A stretch of DNA of 64,000 nt from Polyangiaceae bacterium (GCA_020633235.1 JACKEA010000011.1:7979-71978), one strand, 5' to 3'; positions 34,359 to 44,263 are shown, counted from the first letter of the stretch. Made by a program: numbers and translations. The notes: a model not told the origin generated them from the sequence alone.

Positions 34359-37300
34359 GCGACGGAAGTCGGCCCGACCCTCAAGTCCGGCTCGCTGGGG
34401 CGCGTGTTCGCGATCAGCGCCAAGCGCCCTCAGGACTTCCTCGAGCTGCGGTTCGAGTTCATCGGGCTGAAGCTCGATACCGCGAAGGAGAACCTGGTCA
34501 AGAACGGCGACGGACCGTTCGCGATCATCGTGCACTTCCCCTCTCAGCACATCCAAGAAGAGACCATCTTCGAGGAGCAGCCGCTGCCCGCGTACTACCC
34601 GCCGGTGGTTCAGACGGTGCTGAGCGGGCCGAGCCGCGTGGTTTTCACCGTCCCGGAGAACTTCACCCCGATCCCCTACAACTTGGACGGTCTGCTCACG
34701 GCGCTCAAGGATTTGCGCTTGAGTGTGGCAGCGACGGCGCTGCCCAAGGATCCGAACGCAGCGCCCTTGGGTGATGGCAGTGGTCTGGTCCTCACCTCTC
34801 AGCAGCAGTCCCAGCAGCTCAGCACGTCGACGCAACTCTCGCTCAGTAGAATGGGCACGAGCAGTGGTGTTTCCGTTGGATACGCCGCGGCCGGTTCCGA
34901 GCCCAGCATCAGCGTCAACCCAGGGCCGCCGGTTGCCCCGGAGCACACCGAAACCGCCATCGAGCTGCCCTATCGGCTGATCCTGTCACCGAACTCGCAT
35001 TCGGGTTTCACACACGCCGGATCGCCGGTGCAGTCCGGCAATCGTGTCGAGCTGTGGCATTCGCGGCTCGCGGTGTTCGACGGAGGATCGCTCCACGAAG
35101 GTTCGTCGTACTACCGCACGCTGCGCGCCATCTGGACGCGGGACAACGACAACCACGCCAACAACCCCTCCAACATCACCTTCGACGAGGCGCTGGACTT
35201 CGGTACGCGCCAGCACCTCGTCAATCAGCAAGCGAACTACACGGCGCTGATCAAGCCGCGGCCCGTCGACGCCAAGCAGCTGATGCTCACCAGCCTGGGT
35301 GGCTATCTGGACGTGCGCGGTGAGTGGGAAGACGACCAGCTGGTTTCGCTCTGGGAGCACAAGACGGCTCTCGGTCGCGACAACTTCGTCAAGGTTGCCT
35401 ACAACGGTTACCTGTACCCCTGCGGTCACCGCGCCACTCTCGTGGTGATCACCGAGCGCAAGCTCAAGCACCCCGACCAGCCGCACACGGCGTACCTCTA
35501 CAAGCGCTGCTACATCGTGTGCAAGGAACCGATTCGGCACTACCCGGGGGAGTGTCGCGACATTCCCTTCGAGTTCTTGCACGTTCGTCAGCTGGTCACG
35601 CCGCCCCTCGACGAGTGCCGCGTCTTCGACAAGCCCAAGCAAGGGGAGACGTTGCCCACGCCGCTCCCACTGCTGGTCAAGGTGGACGGCAAGCCCTACC
35701 GCTTTCCCGTCGAGGTGTTGGACCGAAACGAGCACCGCCACTTCTTCGGCATGCCCATGATGTGGATCCCGCTCGACAGCGGCACGGGCTACGCCATCGA
35801 GGCTGACGGCAGCAACTGGAACGCCGCCCACATCTACGCGAACGAGAAGTACGGCGGCGAGTCCTTCAACACCGTCGACATCAAGGGCCAGCGCTTCGGA
35901 TACGCACCCGAAGAGGAAGTGGACGACACCGTCTTCGAGACGCGATCGATGACCTTCAAGGCCGTGTCCGACGGGAGCAACGGCCACAAGCCCGGGTTCG
36001 GTCCCGGCCTGGTGCAGGCGACGGTGCAAGTCGAAGCGGTGCGGAGCTTGGGGGGCGCCGGCGGTCTCGCGGACGTCGTCTACGCGGCGCCGTACTTGAG
36101 CCAGGCCTTCACCGGCAGCAATGCGCAAGGCCAAGTGCTCTTGGAAGCCACGCCACCGGTGGATCTGTCCTTCTCCGGCAACAGCAAGAACAGCGGCGGC
36201 TTCATCCAGCCCGGCATCAAGATCACTGGGCTATCGCGCACCAAGGGCCCCATCGGCGGCGACGTCAATGCCTTTGCCGCTGGGCAGTTCAATGCCTCGT
36301 CGTTCTTCGATCAGATCGACGCTTACCTCTTCGGCTGCGTTTCGCTGAAGGACATCGTCGCGAGCACTGGCCTCGAAGGCGCACCGACGTTTGCTACGCA
36401 AGCGCTCGACGTGGTGGGCAGCGTCGTCCGGGACGCCAAACAGCTCGTTCAGTTGGCTGGTGTGCTGCCTATCTCACCGCCGCCAGTTCTGACGACGATC
36501 GCCAGCGGTGCCGACGCGTTCACCAGCATCAACCCGTCGCAGCTGACGCCGTTCTTCGATGACGTCGACACCCTGTCGCTGGGCGGATCGACCGATGGCG
36601 ATGTCCGCTTGCTCAAGCGAGTGACGGCCGACTTCCAACGCACGATCACTGACCCTGGCTTCAATGCGGCGCTCCAAGCGTTCAAGAACGCCCAGGAGCT
36701 CGCCAAGAACCAGACCGTGCGGCTGGAGTGGCGCCCCGAGCTGAAGGGCGACCCGTTCGGGTTCTTCGAGCCCCACCAGCCGATGCGCCTGTCCGTGGAG
36801 GCACGTGCCAAGGACCTGCCCGGAAAGCCAGCGGGCGTGGATCTGATCGCGGCGATTCCGGACTTCAACCTGAACCTGCTCGGGAACCAGGCCACCTTCA
36901 TGGTGCTCGAGTTCGACAGGCTCCAGTTCCGCGTGGTCAACGGCAAGAAGCCCGAGATCGACGTGATCTTCAAGAACATCGCTTTCGATGGCGTGCTGGC
37001 CTTCGTTCGGAAGCTGTCGGAGATCATTCCTCTGGAAGGCTTCAGTGATCCGCCGAACGTGGACGTCACCGAAGAAGGCCTGAAGGCCATGTTCACGCTG
37101 CCGCTGCCCAACTTGGCGGTGGGTATGTTCAGCCTGGAGAACATGGCGCTCTCGGCGGGGTTCCACATTCCTTTCTTCGGGCCGCCGATGACCGTGAACT
37201 TCGGCTTCTGCAGCCGAGAGTCACCCTTCCGTTTGACGGTCGCCATGCTCGGCGGCGGCGGCTTCTTCGGGCTGACCTGCTCACCCAACGGCATGGAGCT

Positions 37301-37700
37301 CCTGGAAGCGAGTCTCGAGTTCGGCGCCTCGCTGTCCGTCGACTTCGGGGTCGCCAGCGGCAGCATCTCGATCATGGCCGGCATCTACTTCGCGATGGGC
37401 CCGAAGACGGCCGAGCTCACCGGCTATCTGCGTGCCCGCGGTGAAGTGGACGTGCTGGGCCTCATCAGCGCGTCCATCGAGCTCTACATGGAGCTCAAGT
37501 ACGAGTTTTCGTCGCACAAGGTCACGGGCAAGGCGTCGATTGAAATCGAGGTCTCCGTGCTGTGCTTCAGCGGGACCGTGAAGATCAAGGCCGAGCGCAA
37601 GTTCGCCGGCGACAACGAAGACCCGACGTTGGCCGAGCTGATGGCGCCGATCGGCAACTACCACCCCTTCACCGAATACCTGAACGCTTTTGCGGCCTAG
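34236..37700 (+). CDS. giant uncharacterised protein (1154 aa) with twin-arginine signal and lipobox
   Basis: The long ORF has balanced amino-acid composition. The N-terminus is ...FRINRRDFMKLSGIGVGAALSPGLVGC. GAGGGGA lies upstream of the ATG. I recognise no family or catalytic motif. Confidence 0.8.
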   Translation: MKPSDKKPGLGPTTFRINRRDFMKLSGIGVGAALSPGLVGCATEVGPTLKSGSLGRVFAISAKRPQDFLELRFEFIGLKLDTAKENLVKNGDGPFAIIVHFPSQHIQEETIFEEQPLPAYYPPVVQTVLSGPSRVVFTVPENFTPIPYNLDGLLTALKDLRLSVAATALPKDPNAAPLGDGSGLVLTSQQQSQQLSTSTQLSLSRMGTSSGVSVGYAAAGSEPSISVNPGPPVAPEHTETAIELPYRLILSPNSHSGFTHAGSPVQSGNRVELWHSRLAVFDGGSLHEGSSYYRTLRAIWTRDNDNHANNPSNITFDEALDFGTRQHLVNQQANYTALIKPRPVDAKQLMLTSLGGYLDVRGEWEDDQLVSLWEHKTALGRDNFVKVAYNGYLYPCGHRATLVVITERKLKHPDQPHTAYLYKRCYIVCKEPIRHYPGECRDIPFEFLHVRQLVTPPLDECRVFDKPKQGETLPTPLPLLVKVDGKPYRFPVEVLDRNEHRHFFGMPMMWIPLDSGTGYAIEADGSNWNAAHIYANEKYGGESFNTVDIKGQRFGYAPEEEVDDTVFETRSMTFKAVSDGSNGHKPGFGPGLVQATVQVEAVRSLGGAGGLADVVYAAPYLSQAFTGSNAQGQVLLEATPPVDLSFSGNSKNSGGFIQPGIKITGLSRTKGPIGGDVNAFAAGQFNASSFFDQIDAYLFGCVSLKDIVASTGLEGAPTFATQALDVVGSVVRDAKQLVQLAGVLPISPPPVLTTIASGADAFTSINPSQLTPFFDDVDTLSLGGSTDGDVRLLKRVTADFQRTITDPGFNAALQAFKNAQELAKNQTVRLEWRPELKGDPFGFFEPHQPMRLSVEARAKDLPGKPAGVDLIAAIPDFNLNLLGNQATFMVLEFDRLQFRVVNGKKPEIDVIFKNIAFDGVLAFVRKLSEIIPLEGFSDPPNVDVTEEGLKAMFTLPLPNLAVGMFSLENMALSAGFHIPFFGPPMTVNFGFCSRESPFRLTVAMLGGGGFFGLTCSPNGMELLEASLEFGASLSVDFGVASGSISIMAGIYFAMGPKTAELTGYLRARGEVDVLGLISASIELYMELKYEFSSHKVTGKASIEIEVSVLCFSGTVKIKAERKFAGDNEDPTLAELMAPIGNYHPFTEYLNAFAA

Positions 37701-37715
37701 TCGCTAGAGGAACAA

Positions 37716-40700
37716 ATGGCGATAAAACCCACAGTTATCTGGACCGTTCTCCCCAAGTACGCCGAGGGGACCAAGCTGGTCTTCTCCGTGTTCGCGTCCT
37801 TTCGCTTGGGTGCGGGCGGAAATCTGCTCAGCGACTACAGCTTGGACAACTGGCCCAGTCGCGTGCTGCACCTGGCAGCGACGAGCGGGATCTCGGCGCA
37901 CTTCGACGCTCTGGGGGCATCCGTGCCCGTCTCCATCGACACCAGCCCGCTGCGCCCGGACATCTGGAACGAGCTGTTCAAGCCGAACACCTTGGTGCAC
38001 CCGTTTCAGTTCGAGGACAACAGCATCCGCCCACTGTTTTGCTATCCGGCGCATCAACTGCACGAGTACATCGAGCAGCTGTACACCACGATCGGCAACA
38101 TGAGCCCGAGCCAGTTCCCCGACCTGAACGCGCCCGGGCCGCTTCGCACCATGGTGGACTCGGTGGGGCACGTTCGGAACTCCGCCTACGACATCACCAA
38201 GCTGAACAAGTGGCGGCCGGGCCCGCATCCCGACGCCGAAGCCGAAGGGTACTATCAGAACCTGTCTTCGGCGGCACCGCTGCCCGCGTTCTACAACGCC
38301 TGGCGGTTCTATCACCGCACGCCGCCGGAGAAGTACGTCTCGCAGCGCAATCCGGTGAACCCGGCGGATGTGCCGCCGCCGATCAAGCCGCCCAGCTTCG
38401 ACTTCCACGAAGTGATCGCGGCGCTGGGAGATCATCCCCAGCTCATGCGCATGCTCGGCGTGGCCATCGATTGCAGCATCGATCTGGCGGCGCACGGCCT
38501 CTCGCCCTACTCCACTGATCGCCTGCGGGTGAAGGTCGGCTGGGCGGACAATGCCATTTTCGACCAGACACCGTGGACTCAATACGTGATCGATGCGGCC
38601 GGCTTCCGGGCGCAGGAGCGCAAGGGCACGGATCAAGCCCAAGGTGTGCTCTTGCTCGGCAACGAGGACTTCTTTCAAGTCGCCCAGATGGACGTCGACG
38701 GTAGCGTGCTGAAGACCATGGACTTCGCGTCCAACATGAAGATCTTGCTGAAGAAGAACGGCAGTAGCTCGAAACCCAATCCGCAGAGCCTGCCCGCCAA
38801 GCAGAATGGCGGCATCACCGTACTGCGCAAGAACCGCGACACGGCACTGACCGGCGCGTTCCAGAACCAGAAGGCGATCGACGGCAACCTCGCGGGCGAG
38901 ACCGTCTTCAGCAACGACGTCACGCGAGGCTACCGCGTGGACATGAAGGTCGATGGTCGCTGGCACTCCCTCAGTGCACGCCAGGGCGCCTTCAACATCG
39001 GTTCTCTTGGGACGGTCAAGGCCGAGCCCGACGAGGGCTACATCAAGGCGGCTTCCGCCACCAGTGTGCCCGACTCCGGCAATACCAATCCTCCCGACAT
39101 GTACATGCACGAGTCGGTATTTGGCTGGGAGAACTGGAGTCTCGTCGTGCCACGTCCCGGCAACAGCATCTCCTTCGATCGCGACGATACGAAGATGACG
39201 CAGACCCTCGCGATTCGCAAAGAACCGAACCTTCCGCCTTCGGAGTTTCCCCTGCAGCCGCAGATGGCGGCCGTGCCCGGCAGCTTGCCGCGTCTCCGCT
39301 TCGGCAAGAAGTACGAGGTGCGCGCTCGCGTGGTGGACATGGCGGGCAACAGCTTGCCGAACATGGACGGCGACTTCGGGGTGAACTGGGGACAGACCAA
39401 GGCCTTCGAGTACCTCCGTTATGATCCACTGTCTCCTCCGGTGCTCGTCATGCGCCAGCCGATCGGTTTGGCAGAGTCGGTCGAGCACCTGGTGATCCGC
39501 ACCAAGGTCAATTCATCGCTTCCCAGTGCGTTCGACAGCCAGTTCAACGGCGAGTGCCTGCGCTTCGTGGCCGCCCCGAAGTCATCGCAGTGGATGGCGG
39601 AGGTTCACGGCGCCTTCGATCCGCTCTTCAACGACCCGTTGAAGGCCTACGCGGTGGCGGCGAAGGAAGCGGGAACGTTCAACGATCCAACCCTGCCGGG
39701 TGTCGCCTTGATCGACATCGACGGCAACAAGCTGGCGTTCCCGAGCACCTTCAAGCGGGGCGACCCGCTGCCCAAGTCGACGTATTCGATCCAGACGGTG
39801 AGCACCCTCGATCTGCCCTACTTGCCCGATCCCCTGGCCATCGGCTGGGTGATCCAAGGCTTCCCGGGTCAACCCATGATCGAGCAGCTGTTCGACGGCC
39901 TGAAGGACTGGCCCAACTACAAGCCCTTCTCCCTCGAGCTCCGTTCGGGCAGCTCGGAGAGCTGGGCTAGCAGCATCTTCAAGACGGAAGTGAAGATCCC
40001 GAAGGGCACGCGAGTCACCGTCAAGATGAGCTCGGCCATCGCCAAGGAGAGCCTGCCGCTCCTGGCTCGCTATCAGAAGTTCAGCCCCGCCATGCAGAGC
40101 ACGGTGCAGAACAATCTGAACCAACACTGGATGATCACGCCCTGGCGCGAGGTGACCTTCGTGCATGCGGTGGAGAAGCCGCTGGCGGCGCCGGTGATCT
40201 ACCCGAAGATGGCGGCGTATCGCATGCCGGGGGACAACTTCGTGGAGCTCGATGGGGTGTTCCAGACCGCGCACCCGCAGTCGACCGGATCCATCGAGAT
40301 GCTGGCCAACTGGGTGGAGTACGAGGACCGGCTGACCGACCCTGCGCCCGCGCAGGAACCCCGCAATGCCTCCGTGTTCACCCGCGAGGTCGGCTACGAC
40401 GAGGGCAACGCGTTCTTCCCCAAGGGCACCAACGACGAACGCCCGCGCCAGGAGTTCGGAGATACGAAGCATCGCGTCATCGACTACACCCCCCGCGCGA
40501 CCACTCGCTATCGCGAGTACTTCAGCCCCGAGCTCTACAATCAGATCGATCTGATCACCGAGTCCGGCGCGCCCCTGGTCCGGAACATCCCGAGCTCGGC
40601 CCGGCCGGACGTGCCCGAGGTGCTGTACGTGATTCCGACCTTTCGCTGGGAAGACACCAGCCACGGTCGCAAGCGCATTGGTCGAGGCTTGCGCATCTAC

Positions 40701-41666
40701 TTGGACCGCCCCTGGTGGTCGTCGGGTGAAGGTGAGCTTCTGGCTGCCATCCTTCCGCGAGACAACGCTCCGGACGACAAGCTGCGGCGCTACATCTCCG
40801 AATGGGGCCGCGATCCGTCGTTTCACGGCAGCACTCCCAATGCGGAGGTCACCGCGGCGGACTTCATTCCCGTCTCCGGCGATCCGGAAGATCAGGTCAT
40901 CACCAATAGTGCGCCGCTCCAGCTCGAGGAGCTCATGCCTGCAGCCGCCAACGCCTATGAAGCGAAGTACGAGGTGAACGTGGCGGCCTTCGCGCCGCGC
41001 TACAACGCCGACCGAAGGCTGCACTACGTCGACATCGAAATGGACGCCAAGGGTGCATACTTCCCCTTCGTGCGCTTGGCCCTCGCGCGGTACCAGCCGG
41101 ACTCGCTTCCCCACCTGCACCTCTCCAAGGTCGTCCGCACCGAGTTCTCCCAGTTGGTGGCGGACCGGACAGCGACCCTGACGTACAAGAGCAACGCGGT
41201 GAAGGTGCTGCTCTCGGGTGTTGCTCCGCGCAGCGAGCTCGGCGACAGGATCGCGCCCATCGCCGCGCTCGGCAGCGGCGGCACCGGCACAGGCGGAGGC
41301 GGGGGCGGGGGCGGTGAACCCAGCCTTCAGGCGTTGGTGCCGAGCCTTGCCGCGGGCTCCGGCCGCTTGGTGGAAGCGAGCATCGAGCGCCGCGACTCGC
41401 CTTCAGAGGACTTCGGTTGGGTGCGCGTCGGCAACGTCGTCTCGCTGCCCTCGTTCGTGGAAGCCAACTCCACCGACGACGTCGTGTACTGGGGCGGGGA
41501 GCTGCCGCTGCCCACCACCTACCTGGACAAGGAGCACCGCTTGGTGATTCAAGAGTACGAGCTCTACGAAACGGATTCGCAGACGGCCGAGACCGTTCCA
41601 GTCATGAGCCCCGTCCCGCTGCGAAAGCGCCCCGTGTACACCGACATCTTTCCCCTCACCGTGTGA
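37716..41666 (+). CDS. giant uncharacterised protein (1316 aa), no signal peptide
   Basis: It starts 15 nt after the previous stop, with GAGGAA 5 nt upstream. Composition is balanced, with a Gly run (GSGGTGTGGGGGGGGE) near residue 1190. I recognise no family. Confidence 0.8.
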   Translation: MAIKPTVIWTVLPKYAEGTKLVFSVFASFRLGAGGNLLSDYSLDNWPSRVLHLAATSGISAHFDALGASVPVSIDTSPLRPDIWNELFKPNTLVHPFQFEDNSIRPLFCYPAHQLHEYIEQLYTTIGNMSPSQFPDLNAPGPLRTMVDSVGHVRNSAYDITKLNKWRPGPHPDAEAEGYYQNLSSAAPLPAFYNAWRFYHRTPPEKYVSQRNPVNPADVPPPIKPPSFDFHEVIAALGDHPQLMRMLGVAIDCSIDLAAHGLSPYSTDRLRVKVGWADNAIFDQTPWTQYVIDAAGFRAQERKGTDQAQGVLLLGNEDFFQVAQMDVDGSVLKTMDFASNMKILLKKNGSSSKPNPQSLPAKQNGGITVLRKNRDTALTGAFQNQKAIDGNLAGETVFSNDVTRGYRVDMKVDGRWHSLSARQGAFNIGSLGTVKAEPDEGYIKAASATSVPDSGNTNPPDMYMHESVFGWENWSLVVPRPGNSISFDRDDTKMTQTLAIRKEPNLPPSEFPLQPQMAAVPGSLPRLRFGKKYEVRARVVDMAGNSLPNMDGDFGVNWGQTKAFEYLRYDPLSPPVLVMRQPIGLAESVEHLVIRTKVNSSLPSAFDSQFNGECLRFVAAPKSSQWMAEVHGAFDPLFNDPLKAYAVAAKEAGTFNDPTLPGVALIDIDGNKLAFPSTFKRGDPLPKSTYSIQTVSTLDLPYLPDPLAIGWVIQGFPGQPMIEQLFDGLKDWPNYKPFSLELRSGSSESWASSIFKTEVKIPKGTRVTVKMSSAIAKESLPLLARYQKFSPAMQSTVQNNLNQHWMITPWREVTFVHAVEKPLAAPVIYPKMAAYRMPGDNFVELDGVFQTAHPQSTGSIEMLANWVEYEDRLTDPAPAQEPRNASVFTREVGYDEGNAFFPKGTNDERPRQEFGDTKHRVIDYTPRATTRYREYFSPELYNQIDLITESGAPLVRNIPSSARPDVPEVLYVIPTFRWEDTSHGRKRIGRGLRIYLDRPWWSSGEGELLAAILPRDNAPDDKLRRYISEWGRDPSFHGSTPNAEVTAADFIPVSGDPEDQVITNSAPLQLEELMPAAANAYEAKYEVNVAAFAPRYNADRRLHYVDIEMDAKGAYFPFVRLALARYQPDSLPHLHLSKVVRTEFSQLVADRTATLTYKSNAVKVLLSGVAPRSELGDRIAPIAALGSGGTGTGGGGGGGGEPSLQALVPSLAAGSGRLVEASIERRDSPSEDFGWVRVGNVVSLPSFVEANSTDDVVYWGGELPLPTTYLDKEHRLVIQEYELYETDSQTAETVPVMSPVPLRKRPVYTDIFPLTV

Positions 41667-41686
41667 GCTCGTAGGAGAACCGAACC

Positions 41687-41890
41687 ATGGCCGCAGGTCC
41701 CTGGCAGATTGCCATCGTCGTTTTGATACTGCTGGTGCTTTTCGGCGCTGGCCGCATCGCTTCCCTGGGTAAAGGCCTGGGCGAAGGGATCTCCAACTTC
41801 AAGAAGGGTCTCAAGGGCATCGAGGGCGAGCTCGAGGAAGTCGAAACCAAGAAGGTGCGCGGCAAACGCCGCAAGTCCGCGGCCGTGTGA
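41687..41890 (+). CDS. tatA: twin-arginine translocase subunit TatA/E
   Basis: 67 aa: WQIAIVVLILLVLFGAGRIASLGKGLGEGISNFKKGLK (TM segment, hinge Gly, amphipathic helix). AGGAGA RBS. It lies 20 nt after the giant gene. Confidence 0.9.
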   Translation: MAAGPWQIAIVVLILLVLFGAGRIASLGKGLGEGISNFKKGLKGIEGELEEVETKKVRGKRRKSAAV

Positions 41891-41930
41891 AACAGCTGTC
41901 CATCAGCGCGAGGCCGATGCGACACTCGCG

Positions 41931-42311
41931 TTGATGGAAATGTTCTTGGAGTGCGGTTGGCCGGCGTGGGCGGTCTTGCTGCTCGGACTCGTCTCTTTCG
42001 CGTTCAGCCTGGTCGCTTTGCTGCTCTCCTTCACGAAGAACCGCTTCGCCTTGGTGCTGGCCGTGCTCGCCTTCGGTATCACCCTGACGCCCGCGGCAAC
42101 CGGTGTGGTCGGCACCTACCTGGGGCGTAGCAAGGTGGACTCCGTCCTGGGCGTCGTGACGGCAGACCAGCGTGAGCGTCTCAAAGCGGTGGGCTACGCC
42201 GAAGCCGCACAATGCACCAAGCTGGGCCTCGGCTTCGGAGCACTACCCATGGTGCTCGGTCTCGCGGCCGTCGGGGTCGCCTTCGCGCGACGACCTCAGG
42301 GCGCCTCCTGA
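41931..42311 (+). CDS. small integral membrane protein (about 4 TM)
   Basis: 126-aa hydrophobic ORF, 40 nt downstream of tatA on the same strand. Confidence 0.6.
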   Translation: MMEMFLECGWPAWAVLLLGLVSFAFSLVALLLSFTKNRFALVLAVLAFGITLTPAATGVVGTYLGRSKVDSVLGVVTADQRERLKAVGYAEAAQCTKLGLGFGALPMVLGLAAVGVAFARRPQGAS

Positions 42312-42724
42312 CACGGCCTGCCGCCGGGCGCGTAGGTGCCTTGGAGGGAGTGGACATACTCGGCGACGTCCTCGAGCTCCTGTTCACGAAGCTGGACGCG
42401 CCACGAAACCATGCCCCTGGTCGGCACGCCCTCGGTGATGGTCTGCAAAATGCTCTGGCGGTCGCGGCCGTGGAGAAAGCAGTCGTCCGTCAGGTTGGGA
42501 CCAATGCGCCCTTGGGCGTGCTCGCCGTGGCATGGCGTGCAGCGCTTCTGGAAGATTGCCTGGCCTCGCGTGACGTCGCCCATGGTGCGCGCCGCCGGCG
42601 GCGGCGTGGGATCGCTTTCCATCGCGCTCGCGGTCGGGACCGCCACCACGGGCGGGGTCGTTGGTGTGGAGGCGGCACCCCCGCAGGCGATGACCGGAGC
42701 GGCTAGCAGGGCGACCCAGCGCAT
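42296..42724 (-). CDS. c-type cytochrome lipoprotein
   Basis: Lipobox PVIAC and heme motif CTPCHG. The sequence is similar to cbb3-oxidase subunit III-type domains. Confidence 0.8.
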   Translation of the reverse strand: MRWVALLAAPVIACGGAASTPTTPPVVAVPTASAMESDPTPPPAARTMGDVTRGQAIFQKRCTPCHGEHAQGRIGPNLTDDCFLHGRDRQSILQTITEGVPTRGMVSWRVQLREQELEDVAEYVHSLQGTYAPGGRPCQEAP

Positions 42725-42865
42725 GGCAGCAGGCTAGCAAATACCGAGCTTTTTCCGGGAATTCGCCGACTTCCGGGCTGGTATCCGTCGCCGGCTCCTG
42801 CTACAGCCTGCACTGAGCCTACTCGCTTTCTCCCGGCCTCCAGGGCCGAGCGTTCCACCGTTTTC

Positions 42866-44263
42866 ATGACAGATCCGACGTCGTCTCGGCCGTCCGCAGG
42901 CAAAGCCGCGGATGCCGACGCTCCCGTTCCGCGAGCCAATCGCCGTCGGAGGCGTCCGCGCGCCGACTCAACGCATCGCGTCAAGTACACGGTGGAGGAC
43001 ATGCCGCCGGAGGGGCTGCCGGAGGACGCGCCGCCCAAGCCCGTGAAGCACACCGTCGAGCCCAAGGTCTACGACGTGGAGCTGGACGAAGAACGACTCG
43101 ACTCCGACGCCGCCAAGGTCGTGCGGCGTCTCGTGCGCAATGGCTACGAAGGCTATCTGGTCGGCGGGTGCGTTCGGGATCTGCTGGTCGGTCGCCGCCC
43201 CAAGGATTTCGACGTGGCCACCAGCGCTCGTCCGGACGACGTGCGCCGCCTGTTTCGCAACTCGCGCATCATCGGCCGGCGTTTTCGTTTGGTGCACGTG
43301 CTCTATGGCGGCGGCAAGGTGATCGAGACCGCGACGTTCCGTCGAAACCCGCAAGAGGACGAAGAGCAGCGCGACAGCGAAGATCTCCTGATCCGCAACG
43401 ACAACGTATTCGGCGAAGCCCACGAAGATGCGTTGCGCCGCGACTTCACCATCAACGCGTTGTTCTACGACGTGGATCGCCGTCAGGTCCTCGACTGGGT
43501 GGGCGGCATGCCGGACATCGAGCGTCGCGTGGTGCACACCATCGGCGACCCGACCGTGCGCTTCATGGAAGATCCGGTTCGCATCCTGCGGGCCATCAAG
43601 TTCTCGGCGCGGCTCGACTTCGGCATCTCCCCCGAGGTGTACGACGCCATCGTTCACTGCCGCGGCTCTCTCGCCATGGCGGCGCGCCCTCGCCTGTTCG
43701 AGGAAGTGCTGCGTCTGATGCGCGGGGGCGCTGCGCACCGGTCGCTGTGGCTGTGCTGGGAAACCGGTGTGCTGGACGTGCTGCTGCCGGAGCTCTCGGC
43801 GTACCTCTCGGATCTCGAGCACGAGGACGGCGAGATTTGGCGGCTGTTCACCGAGGTGGATCGCCTCACGGCAGAGCGGGGGGAGCCTCTGGACGACGTG
43901 GTGCTGGTCACCGTGCTCTTGCTCGGCCCCATGCGTGAAGCCTGCGTCGGCGTGAAGGATCGCGTGCAGGCCGCCTACGACTTCTTCGAGCCGGTGGTGG
44001 ATCGTCTGAACGTGCCGCGCAGGATTGCGGATGCGGTGCGACGGCTGGTGGCCATGCTGCCGCGTCTGGAGGCCGGCCGCGCGGGGCGCTTCACGCGCGC
44101 ACCTCTCTACCCCTTCGCTCTCGAAGTGCTGGAGATGCTCTCCGCTGCGCGCGGACATGCGCCGCCGGCGGAGCTGCCGGCTCCCGACAAGAGCAAGTCC
44201 AGCACCGAGCGCGCGCCGCGTCGCCGTCGTCGCCGCCGACCTCGGCGCGGGGAGCCTTCGTGA
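42866..44263 (+). CDS. pcnB: poly(A) polymerase I / tRNA nucleotidyltransferase family
   Basis: YLVGGCVRDLLVGRRPKDFDVAT, RIIGRRFRLVHV, and an Arg-rich C-terminus. Confidence 0.85.
   Translation: MTDPTSSRPSAGKAADADAPVPRANRRRRRPRADSTHRVKYTVEDMPPEGLPEDAPPKPVKHTVEPKVYDVELDEERLDSDAAKVVRRLVRNGYEGYLVGGCVRDLLVGRRPKDFDVATSARPDDVRRLFRNSRIIGRRFRLVHVLYGGGKVIETATFRRNPQEDEEQRDSEDLLIRNDNVFGEAHEDALRRDFTINALFYDVDRRQVLDWVGGMPDIERRVVHTIGDPTVRFMEDPVRILRAIKFSARLDFGISPEVYDAIVHCRGSLAMAARPRLFEEVLRLMRGGAAHRSLWLCWETGVLDVLLPELSAYLSDLEHEDGEIWRLFTEVDRLTAERGEPLDDVVLVTVLLLGPMREACVGVKDRVQAAYDFFEPVVDRLNVPRRIADAVRRLVAMLPRLEAGRAGRFTRAPLYPFALEVLEMLSAARGHAPPAELPAPDKSKSSTERAPRRRRRRRPRRGEPS

Noticed and set aside
41891-41930. Terminator after tatA
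   Set aside because: There is only a 6-bp stem (CGCGAG/CTCGCG) and no U-tract. This is too weak to call, so the small membrane protein gene may be co-transcribed.
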